Both the position numbers and the translations under genes were made by a program. Below are positions 8,803-17,800 of a stretch of DNA of 28,240 nucleotides, piece after piece. The notes under the pieces were generated by a model that was not told the origin of the DNA, searched no databases, and saw only the letters and a list, made by a program, of their open reading frames with translations. Source of the DNA: a virus (lineage: Duplodnaviria; Caudoviricetes); IMG/VR virus record IMGVR_UViG_3300020042_010164, positions 1-28,240 of that record; one strand, written 5' to 3'. Numbering within the stretch: the first letter of the stretch is position 1; the number at the start of each line of letters is the position of its first letter.

Positions 8803-10513
8803 AGTCCGAATTGGCTACGACCAAAAGACTTCAAGATTCACAATACACACGCCACCGTGGATGGTGGACCGGGTGCGAAAGATCCCGAATCGGCGGTGGG
8901 ATTCCAAAAAGAAAATCTGGACCGCCCCCGCTTTGCGAGCCAATAGTGATTTCTTGCTGAGCAACTTCGATATCAACGCGTTTACTGGCGAAGCGGTCAA
9001 AGTGGCTCGCGAGACGATCGAACGCGTGTTGCGACAAACCGAGCCGTTCCCGGTCCTGTACCCGTTCAAGACTGAACCGCGCAAATACCAGCGGACGGGG
9101 TTGGACAGGGCGTGGACAAAAGAGGCGTTTGCGTTTTACATGGATATGGGTACCGGCAAGACCAAAACGTCGCTCGACTTGATGTCAGCGTACTACCTCG
9201 ATGGGAAGGTCGAAAGAGTACTGGTTGTCACGAAGTTCAGTACCCGGCGCAACTGGGAAGCGGAGATAGGGATACATTGCCCGGTTCAAAGCGATGTGTG
9301 TGTGCTCGACACCGGAAAGCCCAAGGCGTTTGAGGTGTGGAATGCGGTTGTAGATAAAGGCTTGAAATTCCTAATAGTGGGTACCGAGTCACTGGCAGCA
9401 GGGCACGCGGTGAAATACGCGAGCACATTCGTCAACTCCGCTCTCGCAGTGGCGATGATTGTTGATGAGGCACACATGATCAAAACCCACAGCGCGGTGA
9501 GGAGCAAGAATTGCGTGGATTTGGGTAAATCGGCGCGGTACAAAGTGATTATGACCGGGACTCCTATAGCGAACGGTCCGATGGATGTGTTCATGCAGTT
9601 CGAGTTCCTCGACCCGAATATCATAGGCATAGGAGATTTTTACTCCTTTCGCAACCGGTACGCGATCATGGGCGGTTTCGAAGACAGGCAGGTGGTGGGG
9701 TACCAAAACATGGAGGAGCTGATTGAGCTAATATCGCCGTTCGTGTATCAAGTGCGTAAAAGCGATGTGCTGACGGAGTTGCCGCCGAAGATTTACGAAA
9801 CTAGACAGGTAGTGTTGAACGATGAACAGAAGCGATTATACAAGGAAATTTCTAAGCGTGACTCAGCGGTATCTGGGGATAGAGGAATTACGATCAAAAC
9901 GGTGCTCGAAAAGATGCTCAGGTTGCAAGAAATCGCTGGTGGTGTCATCACCTACGAGCGCAATCCGGACGCGTACAACAAGTCCAAGTTCGACCACAAC
10001 CGAATACCCGGGAAGAATCCGAAAGTAGAAGAGTTGCTAGCGATAGTCGAGGAGAATCAGTGCAGCACGATCGTTTGGTGCCGCTTCATCGAAGAAATTC
10101 TAATGGTCACCGAGGCGCTCGTGGACAAGTACGGGCCGAGCAGCGTGGTGCAGGTGTATGGTGCCATAGACGAGAACACCCGGTGGGCGAATGTGTCCGA
10201 AAAATTCCAATCAGGTGCTGCCCGGTTTCTCGTTGGTAACGCGGCCACCGGTGGCGTAGGTCTGAACATGACCAAGGCGGAATTGGTGGTGTACTACTCG
10301 AATTCGTTCTCGTTTACCGAGCGCGAGCAGTCGGAGGATCGGGCGCACCGGATAGGCCAGACAAAGTCGGTCACCTACATAGATCTGGTCGCGGAAGGCA
10401 CCGTGGACGGGACCGTGGTGGACGCACTGCGGAGTAAAAAAGACGTCTCAGAATTTGTCCGCAGCAGCATTGAAAGCAGAAACGAAGGCGTATTGATGGG
10501 TACGCTGGCGTAG
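8774..10513 (+). CDS. SNF2-family (SF2) DNA helicase
   Basis: MDMGTGKT (Walker A), DEAH, MTGTP, GGVGLN and QSEDRAHRIGQ motifs. Confidence 0.93.
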   Translation: MNPSSIQSSEVRIGYDQKTSRFTIHTPPWMVDRVRKIPNRRWDSKKKIWTAPALRANSDFLLSNFDINAFTGEAVKVARETIERVLRQTEPFPVLYPFKTEPRKYQRTGLDRAWTKEAFAFYMDMGTGKTKTSLDLMSAYYLDGKVERVLVVTKFSTRRNWEAEIGIHCPVQSDVCVLDTGKPKAFEVWNAVVDKGLKFLIVGTESLAAGHAVKYASTFVNSALAVAMIVDEAHMIKTHSAVRSKNCVDLGKSARYKVIMTGTPIANGPMDVFMQFEFLDPNIIGIGDFYSFRNRYAIMGGFEDRQVVGYQNMEELIELISPFVYQVRKSDVLTELPPKIYETRQVVLNDEQKRLYKEISKRDSAVSGDRGITIKTVLEKMLRLQEIAGGVITYERNPDAYNKSKFDHNRIPGKNPKVEELLAIVEENQCSTIVWCRFIEEILMVTEALVDKYGPSSVVQVYGAIDENTRWANVSEKFQSGAARFLVGNAATGGVGLNMTKAELVVYYSNSFSFTEREQSEDRAHRIGQTKSVTYIDLVAEGTVDGTVVDALRSKKDVSEFVRSSIESRNEGVLMGTLA

Positions 10514-10521
10514 GGTATAAT
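10493..10521 (+). promoter_or_regulatory. Sigma70-like promoter
   Basis: TTGATG-17 nt-TATAAT. ATAGAGG RBS at 10541. Confidence 0.6.
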
Positions 10522-10552
10522 GGGACCCATAGAACAGTGAATAGAGGATCAA

Positions 10553-10888
10553 ATGGCTAAAGTGTTTATTACGCAGGAAGTAACCACCGCGAACTACAGC
10601 GATGTAGAACGGTTCGGCGAACCCGTTTTTCTGTCCGCGTCAGAGGTCAGCAATGTACCCGATTCGCTTCACAACCAGAAGTTGGTGGGGTTGATTCGCG
10701 AGCGCTTCGCGGACTACGACCCGAAAGTGGACTTTCTCGCCCCCAGCGGGTCGCCCATAATCGCTGGGTTGGTGTTCGCACTGGCACGCGAGAAAGGCGA
10801 CGCGTTCAATGTCCTGAAGTGGAACAACCGGGATCGAATCTACACGGCAATCCGCATTGGGATCAAAGGAGTCACCGGTGTCCACTGA
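10553..10888 (+). CDS. Conserved phage hypothetical protein
   Basis: Clean ORF with strong RBS, in operon position. Confidence 0.7.
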   Translation: MAKVFITQEVTTANYSDVERFGEPVFLSASEVSNVPDSLHNQKLVGLIRERFADYDPKVDFLAPSGSPIIAGLVFALAREKGDAFNVLKWNNRDRIYTAIRIGIKGVTGVH

Positions 10889-11315
10889 ACAAAAAAACGA
10901 GTTCCAGCAGTACGACAGCCTCACGCTTGTGGATTTAGTTCACGCGATGTCCACATTGCAAAACCGCAAGGAGGCGGCGGAAGAACAGCTGAAGCTGATC
11001 AACAAGGAATACGATTTCCTCCGCATCACTAAGATCCCCACAGCGATGGAGGACGACGGGGTCGACCGGATCAATGTCACGGGGGTGGGCCGGGTGTCGC
11101 TCACCGCCGACATGCACGTGAGTGTCAAAGCCGACAAAAAGCCGGAGTTCTACGAGTGGCTCCGCGATAATGGGCGGGGTGACCTACTGCAAGAGAACAT
11201 CAACCCGAGCACGCTTAAAGCGGCTGTTAAAAGCATGGTTCGCAATGGTGACGAGATGCCCACAGAGATGCTTAACGTATCCCCATTCACCCGAGCGTCG
11301 ATCACCCGCGCTTAA
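10878..11315 (+). CDS. Phage replication-module hypothetical protein (coiled coil plus WLRDNG...INPSTLKA domain)
   Basis: GTG start after AAGGAG. The motif pattern is commonly seen in genes just upstream of phage SSB-like genes. Confidence 0.65.
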   Translation: MSTEQKNEFQQYDSLTLVDLVHAMSTLQNRKEAAEEQLKLINKEYDFLRITKIPTAMEDDGVDRINVTGVGRVSLTADMHVSVKADKKPEFYEWLRDNGRGDLLQENINPSTLKAAVKSMVRNGDEMPTEMLNVSPFTRASITRA

Positions 11316-11321
11316 AATTCC

Positions 11322-11394
11322 GGGGGGTATCTGCCTATACCCTCCACCCCAATTCGGCGCGATCCGAATACGTAGCACACTCCGGTGTGCTTTT
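11322..11394 (+). other. Three consecutive intergenic hairpins, the last terminator-like
   Basis: GGGGGGTAT/ATACCCTCC, ATTCGG/CCGAAT, and AGCACAC-TCCG-GTGTGCT followed by TTT. Confidence 0.55.
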
Positions 11395-11416
11395 CTAACT
11401 GTATGGAGTAATTGCA

Positions 11417-12175
11417 ATGGCAAGTAAGAAGCAAGAAGTAGCGACTGTTCAGCAAAACGAATTGGTGGTTTCGAACGAGCTACCTGAGTGGTTGCAGAGC
11501 AAGGGGGAAGCGAGGGGGTCCGAGAATGTGACAACGGACGACATGATCATACCGAGGATCGAACTGGTGCAGGCGCTGTCCCCGGCGCGTAAAAAGACGG
11601 ATGCCGCGTATATAGAGGGTGCCGACGAAGGCATGTTGTACAACAACGTTACACGCGAGCTTTACGGCGAAGCGGTCACGGTGGTGCCGGTGTACTACAC
11701 GAAGCAGTACCTCGTCTGGAAGGACCGCAAGTCCGGCGGTGGCGGGTCCAACGGCTTCCGGGGTGCGTTCGCATCGAAGGGGATGGCCGACGACGCGATA
11801 GCTGCGCTAGGGGAGGACGGTTTGGAAGCAATCGATACTGCCCAGCATTTTGTGCTCGTGCACTTCGACGGAAAATGGCAGGAAGCCGTTATCTCGATGG
11901 CCAAGTCCAAGATGAAGGTGAGCAAGCGTTGGAATTCGCTCGTGCGGTTGACCAACACTGACTCGTTCAGCAGGGCTTACAAGTTGTCGGCAATGACTGA
12001 GACGAATGCGCGGAACGAGTCTTACCACAATTTCAATATCACCCCCATGGGGTTCGTGCCGAAAGACGTGTACCAGCGGGCTGAGAAGCTGTACGAGACC
12101 GTTCGTCAGGGTGGTGTCAAAGTGAGTGCGGATTACGACAACGAAGCTGCTGCGGCGGCTGAGAGCGAGTATTGA
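11417..12175 (+). CDS. Putative ssDNA-binding/annealing protein
   Basis: GSENVxxDDxxIPRIxLVQALSP N-terminal motif typical of phage SSB-like proteins in replication modules. Acidic C-tail ending in an aromatic residue. GGAG RBS. Confidence 0.55.
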   Translation: MASKKQEVATVQQNELVVSNELPEWLQSKGEARGSENVTTDDMIIPRIELVQALSPARKKTDAAYIEGADEGMLYNNVTRELYGEAVTVVPVYYTKQYLVWKDRKSGGGGSNGFRGAFASKGMADDAIAALGEDGLEAIDTAQHFVLVHFDGKWQEAVISMAKSKMKVSKRWNSLVRLTNTDSFSRAYKLSAMTETNARNESYHNFNITPMGFVPKDVYQRAEKLYETVRQGGVKVSADYDNEAAAAAESEY

Positions 12176-12180
12176 TTTTC

Positions 12181-12269
12181 GGGGCTGAAAGCGGATGCTG
12201 TGAGGTATCGCTGGCCGGTGACGACCGGATTAACCTGATGCCAGCCCCCAGACGCAGCGAGTAAGCCCC
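12181..12269 (+). ncRNA. Candidate structured RNA element
   Basis: Closing stem GGGGCT/AGCCCC, adjacent GAAA/AGTA (loop-E-like), inner GCTGGC/GCCAGC and CCGGT-GACG-ACCGG stems. Fills the whole intergenic gap. Confidence 0.45.
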
Positions 12270-12288
12270 ACCCAATAGAAAGATGGAT

Positions 12289-12609
12289 ATGGCGACTAAA
12301 AAAGAACCCAAAGACGAATCGTTCGGTAAAGCACCCGCACCGGAAGAGATGGTAGTCACTCGCGAAGAGGCGGCTATCCCGGTGGTACCGGCCATGCAAC
12401 CCAGAATAGTGGAGTACCGCAAGCTGAGCGAGGACGAAGAGCGTCGAGTAAGCAGGGTGAAGTCCGAGTTCGACAATGTGATCGGATATCTGAAGGTGCT
12501 GCGCGATTCCGTCCACGATTCCGAATTGCAGCGGATGTACAGCATTTCGATCACCGAAGCGGAAGCCGCCAGTATGTGGGCGGTTCGGGCGATCACTTGG
12601 CGGGTGTAA
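12289..12609 (+). CDS. Acb2/Tad1-like helical protein (candidate anti-CBASS/anti-Thoeris signal sponge)
   Basis: IVEYRKLSEDE...VKSEF...RMYSISITEAEAASMWAVRAIT resembles the YRxLSxEE...K...RxxxIxxTxxxxxxMxxxRAI pattern of Acb2. Start may be 12283. Confidence 0.6.
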   Translation: MATKKEPKDESFGKAPAPEEMVVTREEAAIPVVPAMQPRIVEYRKLSEDEERRVSRVKSEFDNVIGYLKVLRDSVHDSELQRMYSISITEAEAASMWAVRAITWRV

Positions 12610-14024
12610 TGCAGGTTGAAGCCATCTACGGACCACCCGGGACTGGTAAAACAACCGAACTGTTGCGGCGAGTGAGGGAGATACGGGAATCGGGTGTTCA
12701 AGCCGAGCGCGTGGCTTTTGTTTCCTTCACCCGTGCCGCTGCTAACGAAGCGCTCTCCCGGCTGGGACTGCGCAAATCCAATAACGTGTCGACGATCCAC
12801 GCGATGGCGTTCAGGCACATGGGTATGCGGCAGACTCAAGTGGTGGATTCGATGAAGCTGCGCGAGTTCTCGACGGTGATGGGGGTGCCGATCATTGGTA
12901 AATCCCCGGAGGACGATGAGGAGCGGGCGGATGGTGATTTTTACTTGGATATACTAAATTATGCAAGAAGCACATTCAGCAACCCAGCCGAGGTGTACGA
13001 CGTTTCCGATCGACCTGGAACCCGCGCCGAGTTCAATGCTTTCGTTCGGGCTTATGCTGACTGGAAATCTACGTATGGATACTACGATTTCACAGATATG
13101 CTGGAGCGGGCCTCGAAGGGCGCGATCCGTGCAGATGCCGAAGTCGTATTTGTCGACGAGGCTCAAGACTTATCACCTCTTCAGTGGTCAGTCGTCGAGA
13201 AGCTCTGCAAGCGCTCCCATCAAGTCATCATCGCGGGTGACGACGACCAAGCGATTTACACTTGGGCGGGTGCGGACGCCCACGGTATGGCAAGATTCAC
13301 GCAAAGGCATAAGGGTAGTAGCACGGTGCTCACGCAGTCGCATCGACTTCCTTCTACAGTCCACTCGCGCTCTCAAAGCCTTATCCGTCGCATCAATTTC
13401 CGAGTCGATAAAGAATTCAATCCCCGAGAGCATTTGGGATCTGTCCGCGTTCACGGCTCGATCAACTCGGTGGACATCGAACATGGGACGGATACGCTTT
13501 TGCTTGGGAGAACCCACTCCGTCCTACGCGAAGTGGAACAATCGCTTATCGAAAAAAGGATTCCATATACGCGGGAGAGTGGAAGACCCGGGATGTATCA
13601 AAATCGTTTCGCCGCAGCGGTGCGCTCGTACCGTAAACTATGTCGAGGGACGAAAATTACTGACGGCGAGCGCAGTTCTATCTTCGCCGTCGCCACAGCC
13701 GACACCCGGGCAGCACTCGAAAGAAACGACCACGCGGCTATTACAAGAAGCCCCTTCTATGTCGCGCTCACCATACCCGGACGAGTCGTGGACTTTTACG
13801 CTGACGCGGACCTCGATGTCGCGCCTACTATACGGCTCTCGACAATCCACGCTGCAAAGGGTCATGAGGCGGATCGCGTCATTCTTCTCACGGACATGAC
13901 AACGCGGGTGCAGCAGACAGCCGAGAAATCGCCGGACGACGAGGTCCGGGTGTTTTACGTGGGAATGACCCGGAGCAAAAACGCGCTCGATATAGTGGAG
14001 GGGTACAATGGGTACAAACTGTGA
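12609..14024 (+). CDS. UvrD/Rep-like SF1 DNA helicase
   Basis: GPPGTGKT, SFTRAAA, DEAQD, GDDDQAIY, STIHAAKGHE and FYVGMTR motifs. TAATG coupling. Confidence 0.92.
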   Translation: MQVEAIYGPPGTGKTTELLRRVREIRESGVQAERVAFVSFTRAAANEALSRLGLRKSNNVSTIHAMAFRHMGMRQTQVVDSMKLREFSTVMGVPIIGKSPEDDEERADGDFYLDILNYARSTFSNPAEVYDVSDRPGTRAEFNAFVRAYADWKSTYGYYDFTDMLERASKGAIRADAEVVFVDEAQDLSPLQWSVVEKLCKRSHQVIIAGDDDQAIYTWAGADAHGMARFTQRHKGSSTVLTQSHRLPSTVHSRSQSLIRRINFRVDKEFNPREHLGSVRVHGSINSVDIEHGTDTLLLGRTHSVLREVEQSLIEKRIPYTRESGRPGMYQNRFAAAVRSYRKLCRGTKITDGERSSIFAVATADTRAALERNDHAAITRSPFYVALTIPGRVVDFYADADLDVAPTIRLSTIHAAKGHEADRVILLTDMTTRVQQTAEKSPDDEVRVFYVGMTRSKNALDIVEGYNGYKL

Positions 14025-14027
14025 CGA

Positions 14028-14056
14028 TTGATCCATCACCCTAGTGGTGGTATAAT
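14028..14056 (+). promoter_or_regulatory. Sigma70-like promoter driving the ssb-dpoZ-purZ-mazZ operon
   Basis: TTGATC-17 nt-TATAAT with extended -10 TG. Leader ACTTCAACAATCAACTGATAGAGG resembles the leader at 22541. Confidence 0.7.
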
Positions 14057-14090
14057 ACAGACTTCAACAATCAACTGATAGAGGGCTTAC

Positions 14091-14375
14091 ATGACGCAGT
14101 ACGACAACACCAATTCGGGCATGCTGGCACGGAACAAGAACCGCAGCACGGACAAGCATCCGGAGTACACCGGATCGCTCAACGTCGAGGGGGTAGACTA
14201 TTGGGTGTCGGCTTGGGTGAACACGGGTAGGCAGGGGAGCAAGTTGGAAGGCGAAAAATTCTTTTCCTTCAAGATCAACCGTAAAGAGCCTGCAGCACGT
14301 GCACCCGCTGCCGCCACACCTAACCGGCCAAAACCCGGTGCAGACGCCTGGAACGAAGACGACATCCCGTTCTGA
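14091..14375 (+). CDS. Small SSB-like (DUF736-type OB-fold) protein
   Basis: KHPEYTGSL...YWVSAW...FFSFKI and the SSB-like C-terminal tail DDIPF. Confidence 0.7.
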   Translation: MTQYDNTNSGMLARNKNRSTDKHPEYTGSLNVEGVDYWVSAWVNTGRQGSKLEGEKFFSFKINRKEPAARAPAAATPNRPKPGADAWNEDDIPF

Positions 14376-16210
14376 TGGCCACTTTTCCACGCATCGACAG
14401 TGCCCCTGTGGTGGTGATCGACACCGAGACCACGGGGCTACACTGGTGGAAGGACAAGCTGTTCGGCGTGTCCATTGCACTCCCGGACCATTCGTGGTAT
14501 TGGGACGTTCGTACCAGTCCCGGCGTGATCGACTGGCTAAACGACCTCATCGCGCACCAGTCGGTCGACAAGTGGGTGGGCCACAACCTCAAATTCGACC
14601 TGCATTTCCTGCGGGAGGCGGGGGTGTCCATTCCGCTTGACCGGATCGACTGCACGATGGTACGGGCAGCGCTGATCAGCGAACACGAACCGACCTACTC
14701 GCTTGATTTTTTGGCTCGCAAGTACGCGGGGCAGAAGAAGGACGAGGAGATTTACGAGGAGATGGCGAAGCTGTTCGGCGGGAGAGCTACGCGGAACGTG
14801 CAGATGCCGAACATTTCGCGGGCTCCTGAGCACATCGTTTCGAAATACGCGATCCAAGATGCGGTGGTGACCCTTGCGCTGTACAACTGGCAGCGGGGGG
14901 AGATAGAGAAGCAGAACCTCCACCAAGTCCACAAGCTCGAAACGGATCTGATGCCCGTTATCATGGACATGGAGTACCAGGGTGTGCGGGTGAACGTGGA
15001 GCGGGCACACAAGGCGGTCCACGGCCTCACGACGCGCATCGACATAATGCAGCGGGATCTTAATACCCTCGCTGGCTTCGAGGTCAACCCGAACCCGTCC
15101 GGGTCCATCGCCGACCTATTCAAGCCAGTGCTGCGCGAGAACAACGAGTGGTACCTCGTCGATGGTACTAAAGCGGACAAGACCGATGGGGGCAAGGCCT
15201 CGATCAATGCGGATTGCTTGCGTCGGATGAAGCACCCGGCGGCTTCCATGATCTTGGACCTGCGCAAGATGCTTAAAACACGGGACACATTTTTGAGTGG
15301 GCACATCCTAGGACACCAGCATGATGGCGTTATACACTGCAACTACAACCAGACTAAAAACGATGCTGAGGCTGGAACTGGAACCGGGCGACTTAGTATC
15401 ACTAACCCAGCGCTCCAACAGATCCCATCCAGAGATAAGGATATTAAGTCGTTGGTGCGACCCATATTCGTACCAGATGTTGGGGCCGATTGGCTGGGTC
15501 TGGACTGGAGCCAGTTTGAGTTTCGGGTTGCTAACCATTACGGTAAGGTACCCGCGATTCTGGAGGCGTACGAGAAGAACCCGGACCTAGATTTTCACCA
15601 GCTGGTGAGCGACATGACAGGCATCCCTCGAAATGCACAGTACGCGGGTGGCCCGAGTTCCAAGGCCATCAACCTAGGGCTCGCTTTCAACATGGGGTCC
15701 GGTCGGCTAGCGCAGGAATGCGGGTTGCCGTACACCGAGGAGGAGGGTCCAAACGGGAACGTTTACTTGAAAGCCGGACCCGAGGCGATGGCGCTGTTCG
15801 AGAAATACCACGCGGCGAACCCCGGGATGCGGAACACTTCGATGAAGGCCAGCGGCATAGCGAAGGAGCGGGGGCACGTCCGTTCGGTGCTGGGCCGACA
15901 CCTAAGGTTCCCCGGCGGGCAGTTTGTGCATAAAGCGTCGGGGTTGATCTACCAAGCAACGAGTGCGGATTGCATGAAGCTTAAGCTCATCGAGTTGCAC
16001 CGACACCTTGAGAGCAAGCAATGCGGGAGACTGCTGCTCACCGTGCATGACGAGGTCGGCATATCGCTCGACCGAGACGCGAAAGGAGAAGCCGAGGAGA
16101 TAGCAAGGATTTACACCACGTTCGATGGTGTTGAGTGCCCCATACGGCTCCGGGTTCCGATCCGGTGCGATTGGGGAGTGGGTGACGATTGGTATGCAGC
16201 AAAAGGATAG
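14375..16210 (+). CDS. dpoZ: Family A DNA polymerase with 3'-5' exonuclease, DpoZ-like
   Basis: Exo I DTET, Exo II HNLKFD, Exo III YAIQD, TGRLS, motif A DWSQFEFR, motif B KAINLGLAFNMG, motif C VHDE. No 5'-3' exonuclease domain. Directly upstream of purZ. Confidence 0.85.
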   Translation: MATFPRIDSAPVVVIDTETTGLHWWKDKLFGVSIALPDHSWYWDVRTSPGVIDWLNDLIAHQSVDKWVGHNLKFDLHFLREAGVSIPLDRIDCTMVRAALISEHEPTYSLDFLARKYAGQKKDEEIYEEMAKLFGGRATRNVQMPNISRAPEHIVSKYAIQDAVVTLALYNWQRGEIEKQNLHQVHKLETDLMPVIMDMEYQGVRVNVERAHKAVHGLTTRIDIMQRDLNTLAGFEVNPNPSGSIADLFKPVLRENNEWYLVDGTKADKTDGGKASINADCLRRMKHPAASMILDLRKMLKTRDTFLSGHILGHQHDGVIHCNYNQTKNDAEAGTGTGRLSITNPALQQIPSRDKDIKSLVRPIFVPDVGADWLGLDWSQFEFRVANHYGKVPAILEAYEKNPDLDFHQLVSDMTGIPRNAQYAGGPSSKAINLGLAFNMGSGRLAQECGLPYTEEEGPNGNVYLKAGPEAMALFEKYHAANPGMRNTSMKASGIAKERGHVRSVLGRHLRFPGGQFVHKASGLIYQATSADCMKLKLIELHRHLESKQCGRLLLTVHDEVGISLDRDAKGEAEEIARIYTTFDGVECPIRLRVPIRCDWGVGDDWYAAKG

Positions 16211-16214
16211 ACAG

Positions 16215-17309
16215 ATGGAATCGATCAAAATTGTAGTAGATTTGCAATACGGCAGCACTGGCAAGGGGCTGATCGTCGGGTATCTAGCCGAGGAGGAAAT
16301 GCCCGATACCGTGCTCACCGCGTGGGCACCTAATGCGGGGCACACCTACATCAGTAGCAAAGGTCGGAAATTCATCCACACGCACTTGGGTAACGGGGTT
16401 GTGTCGCCGCGCTTGAACCGCGTACTGCTCGGTCCTGGGTCGCTTATCAACCCGCAGCAGTTGCTGGAAGAAATGCACGAATGCCGGGATCTTTTACAGG
16501 GCGTGGATGTCTTGATCCACCCGCACGCGGCGGTGGTGTGGCAAAGTCACGTGGACGAGGAAGCAGGGCCGATGACCAAAATCGGGTCGACTAAAAAAGG
16601 TGTGGGTGCCGCGATGATCCAACGGATTCGGCGCGATCCGGACGACATGAATATTGCCGCGAATTGCAGCGCTCTTCGAGGATTAACAACTACCGTCGAG
16701 GACTATCGTTCAGCTTTGGCTGAAGCGAAGCACGTACTGGTTGAAGGGGCGCAGGGGTACGGGTTGTCCATGTACCATGGGTTTTACCCCTACACAACCT
16801 CGCGTGACGTGAGCACGTGGCAAATCCTAGCGGATGTAGGGGTTCCGCACGACATGGTGTTCAGCCGCTCGAACCGGGTCAGCATTATTGGGACATGCCG
16901 CACTTTTCCGATTCGGGTGGCCAACCGATACGACACCGAGGGGACACAGGTGGGATACTCGGGACCGTGCTATGACGACCAGCTGGAGACAAGTTTCGAG
17001 TCTATAGGGCAAAAGACGGAGCTTACGACTGTGACGAAGCTGCCGAGGAGGATTTTTACGTTCAGTCCGAAGCAGATCACCGAGGCCATTAGTTATAATG
17101 GCGCGAAGGAAGTGTTCTTGAATTTTACGAATTACATCCAGTACGAGCGGGATCTGGTCTGCATCGTTAAGGCAATCGAAGAGGGCGAGTCGGTAGTGAG
17201 GTGGATTGGTACGGGGCCAACACACAGGGATGTACACCTGCTGGAACGGGGTTCGCGGAGTGACAGAATGGAGCAGATAGTCAACATTTGGAAGGCTAAA
17301 CGCATATGA
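16215..17309 (+). CDS. purZ: PurZ, N6-succino-2-amino-dAMP synthase (PurA paralogue of Z-base synthesis)
   Basis: LQYGSTGKG has Ser in place of the PurA catalytic Asp of GDEGKG. Also PNAGHT, EGAQG, YPYTTSR, TTVTKLPRR, and LNFTNY in place of the PurA GTP-specific TKLD. Confidence 0.95.
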   Translation: MESIKIVVDLQYGSTGKGLIVGYLAEEEMPDTVLTAWAPNAGHTYISSKGRKFIHTHLGNGVVSPRLNRVLLGPGSLINPQQLLEEMHECRDLLQGVDVLIHPHAAVVWQSHVDEEAGPMTKIGSTKKGVGAAMIQRIRRDPDDMNIAANCSALRGLTTTVEDYRSALAEAKHVLVEGAQGYGLSMYHGFYPYTTSRDVSTWQILADVGVPHDMVFSRSNRVSIIGTCRTFPIRVANRYDTEGTQVGYSGPCYDDQLETSFESIGQKTELTTVTKLPRRIFTFSPKQITEAISYNGAKEVFLNFTNYIQYERDLVCIVKAIEEGESVVRWIGTGPTHRDVHLLERGSRSDRMEQIVNIWKAKRI

Positions 17310-17800
17310 TGCAGATGGAATCCGAAGTACATACCGATGGCCCAAACGCGCTGCCCTGGAGTCTAAACCCTTCGAACGACGCGCAGATAGTGGACGCCAG
17401 CGGAGCGGTAATTGCAACGTTCGAAGTCCGGCATCACTTGCGAGGCGTGCTGGGGAACTGCGGCAAAAACGCGGATTTGGCGGTGCGTGCGGCTAATGCT
17501 TACGGCAAGCGGGGCGGGGCCGACATCAAGCAGCTGCAAGCGAGGATAACGAGTTGGGCTGATGCGAATTTCCCCGAAAGGTCCACGGCGGATATCCTGC
17601 TTAAGCTTTACGAGGAGGTGGGTGAGTACGCCCGCGACCCACGATCCGCGCTGGAATTGGGCGATGTAATGATCCTGCTGCTTGACGTGGCAGCGAAAAA
17701 CGGCATCAACATCCACAAAGCGGTGGAGGACAAGATGGAAATTAACGAAGCTCGCCAATGGCGGGTGGACGAGAACACGAGGATAATGCGCCATGTCTAA
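17306..17800 (+). CDS. mazZ: MazZ, MazG-like dGTP diphosphohydrolase, with a ~70-aa N-terminal extension
   Basis: LQARITSW...KLYEEVGE...LELGDVMILLLD...KMEINEARQW...MRH closely resembles S-2L MazZ as I recall it. ATGA overlap with purZ. Confidence 0.88.
   Translation: MMQMESEVHTDGPNALPWSLNPSNDAQIVDASGAVIATFEVRHHLRGVLGNCGKNADLAVRAANAYGKRGGADIKQLQARITSWADANFPERSTADILLKLYEEVGEYARDPRSALELGDVMILLLDVAAKNGINIHKAVEDKMEINEARQWRVDENTRIMRHV

Noticed and set aside
12181-12269. tRNA gene
   Set aside because: No TTC T-loop, D-loop pattern or cloverleaf could be fitted. Kept only as a generic structured RNA candidate.
12576-12608. Upstream start extensions in the ORF track (also 7207, 10857, 16125, 18758, 19318, 21895, 24592)
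   Set aside because: Downstream starts have an RBS or stop-start coupling. The extensions overlap upstream genes or promoters.
16215-17309. Ordinary adenylosuccinate synthetase (purA) auxiliary metabolic gene
   Set aside because: The catalytic Asp is replaced by Ser, the GTP-specificity motif is altered, and mazZ, datZ and the polymerase flank it.
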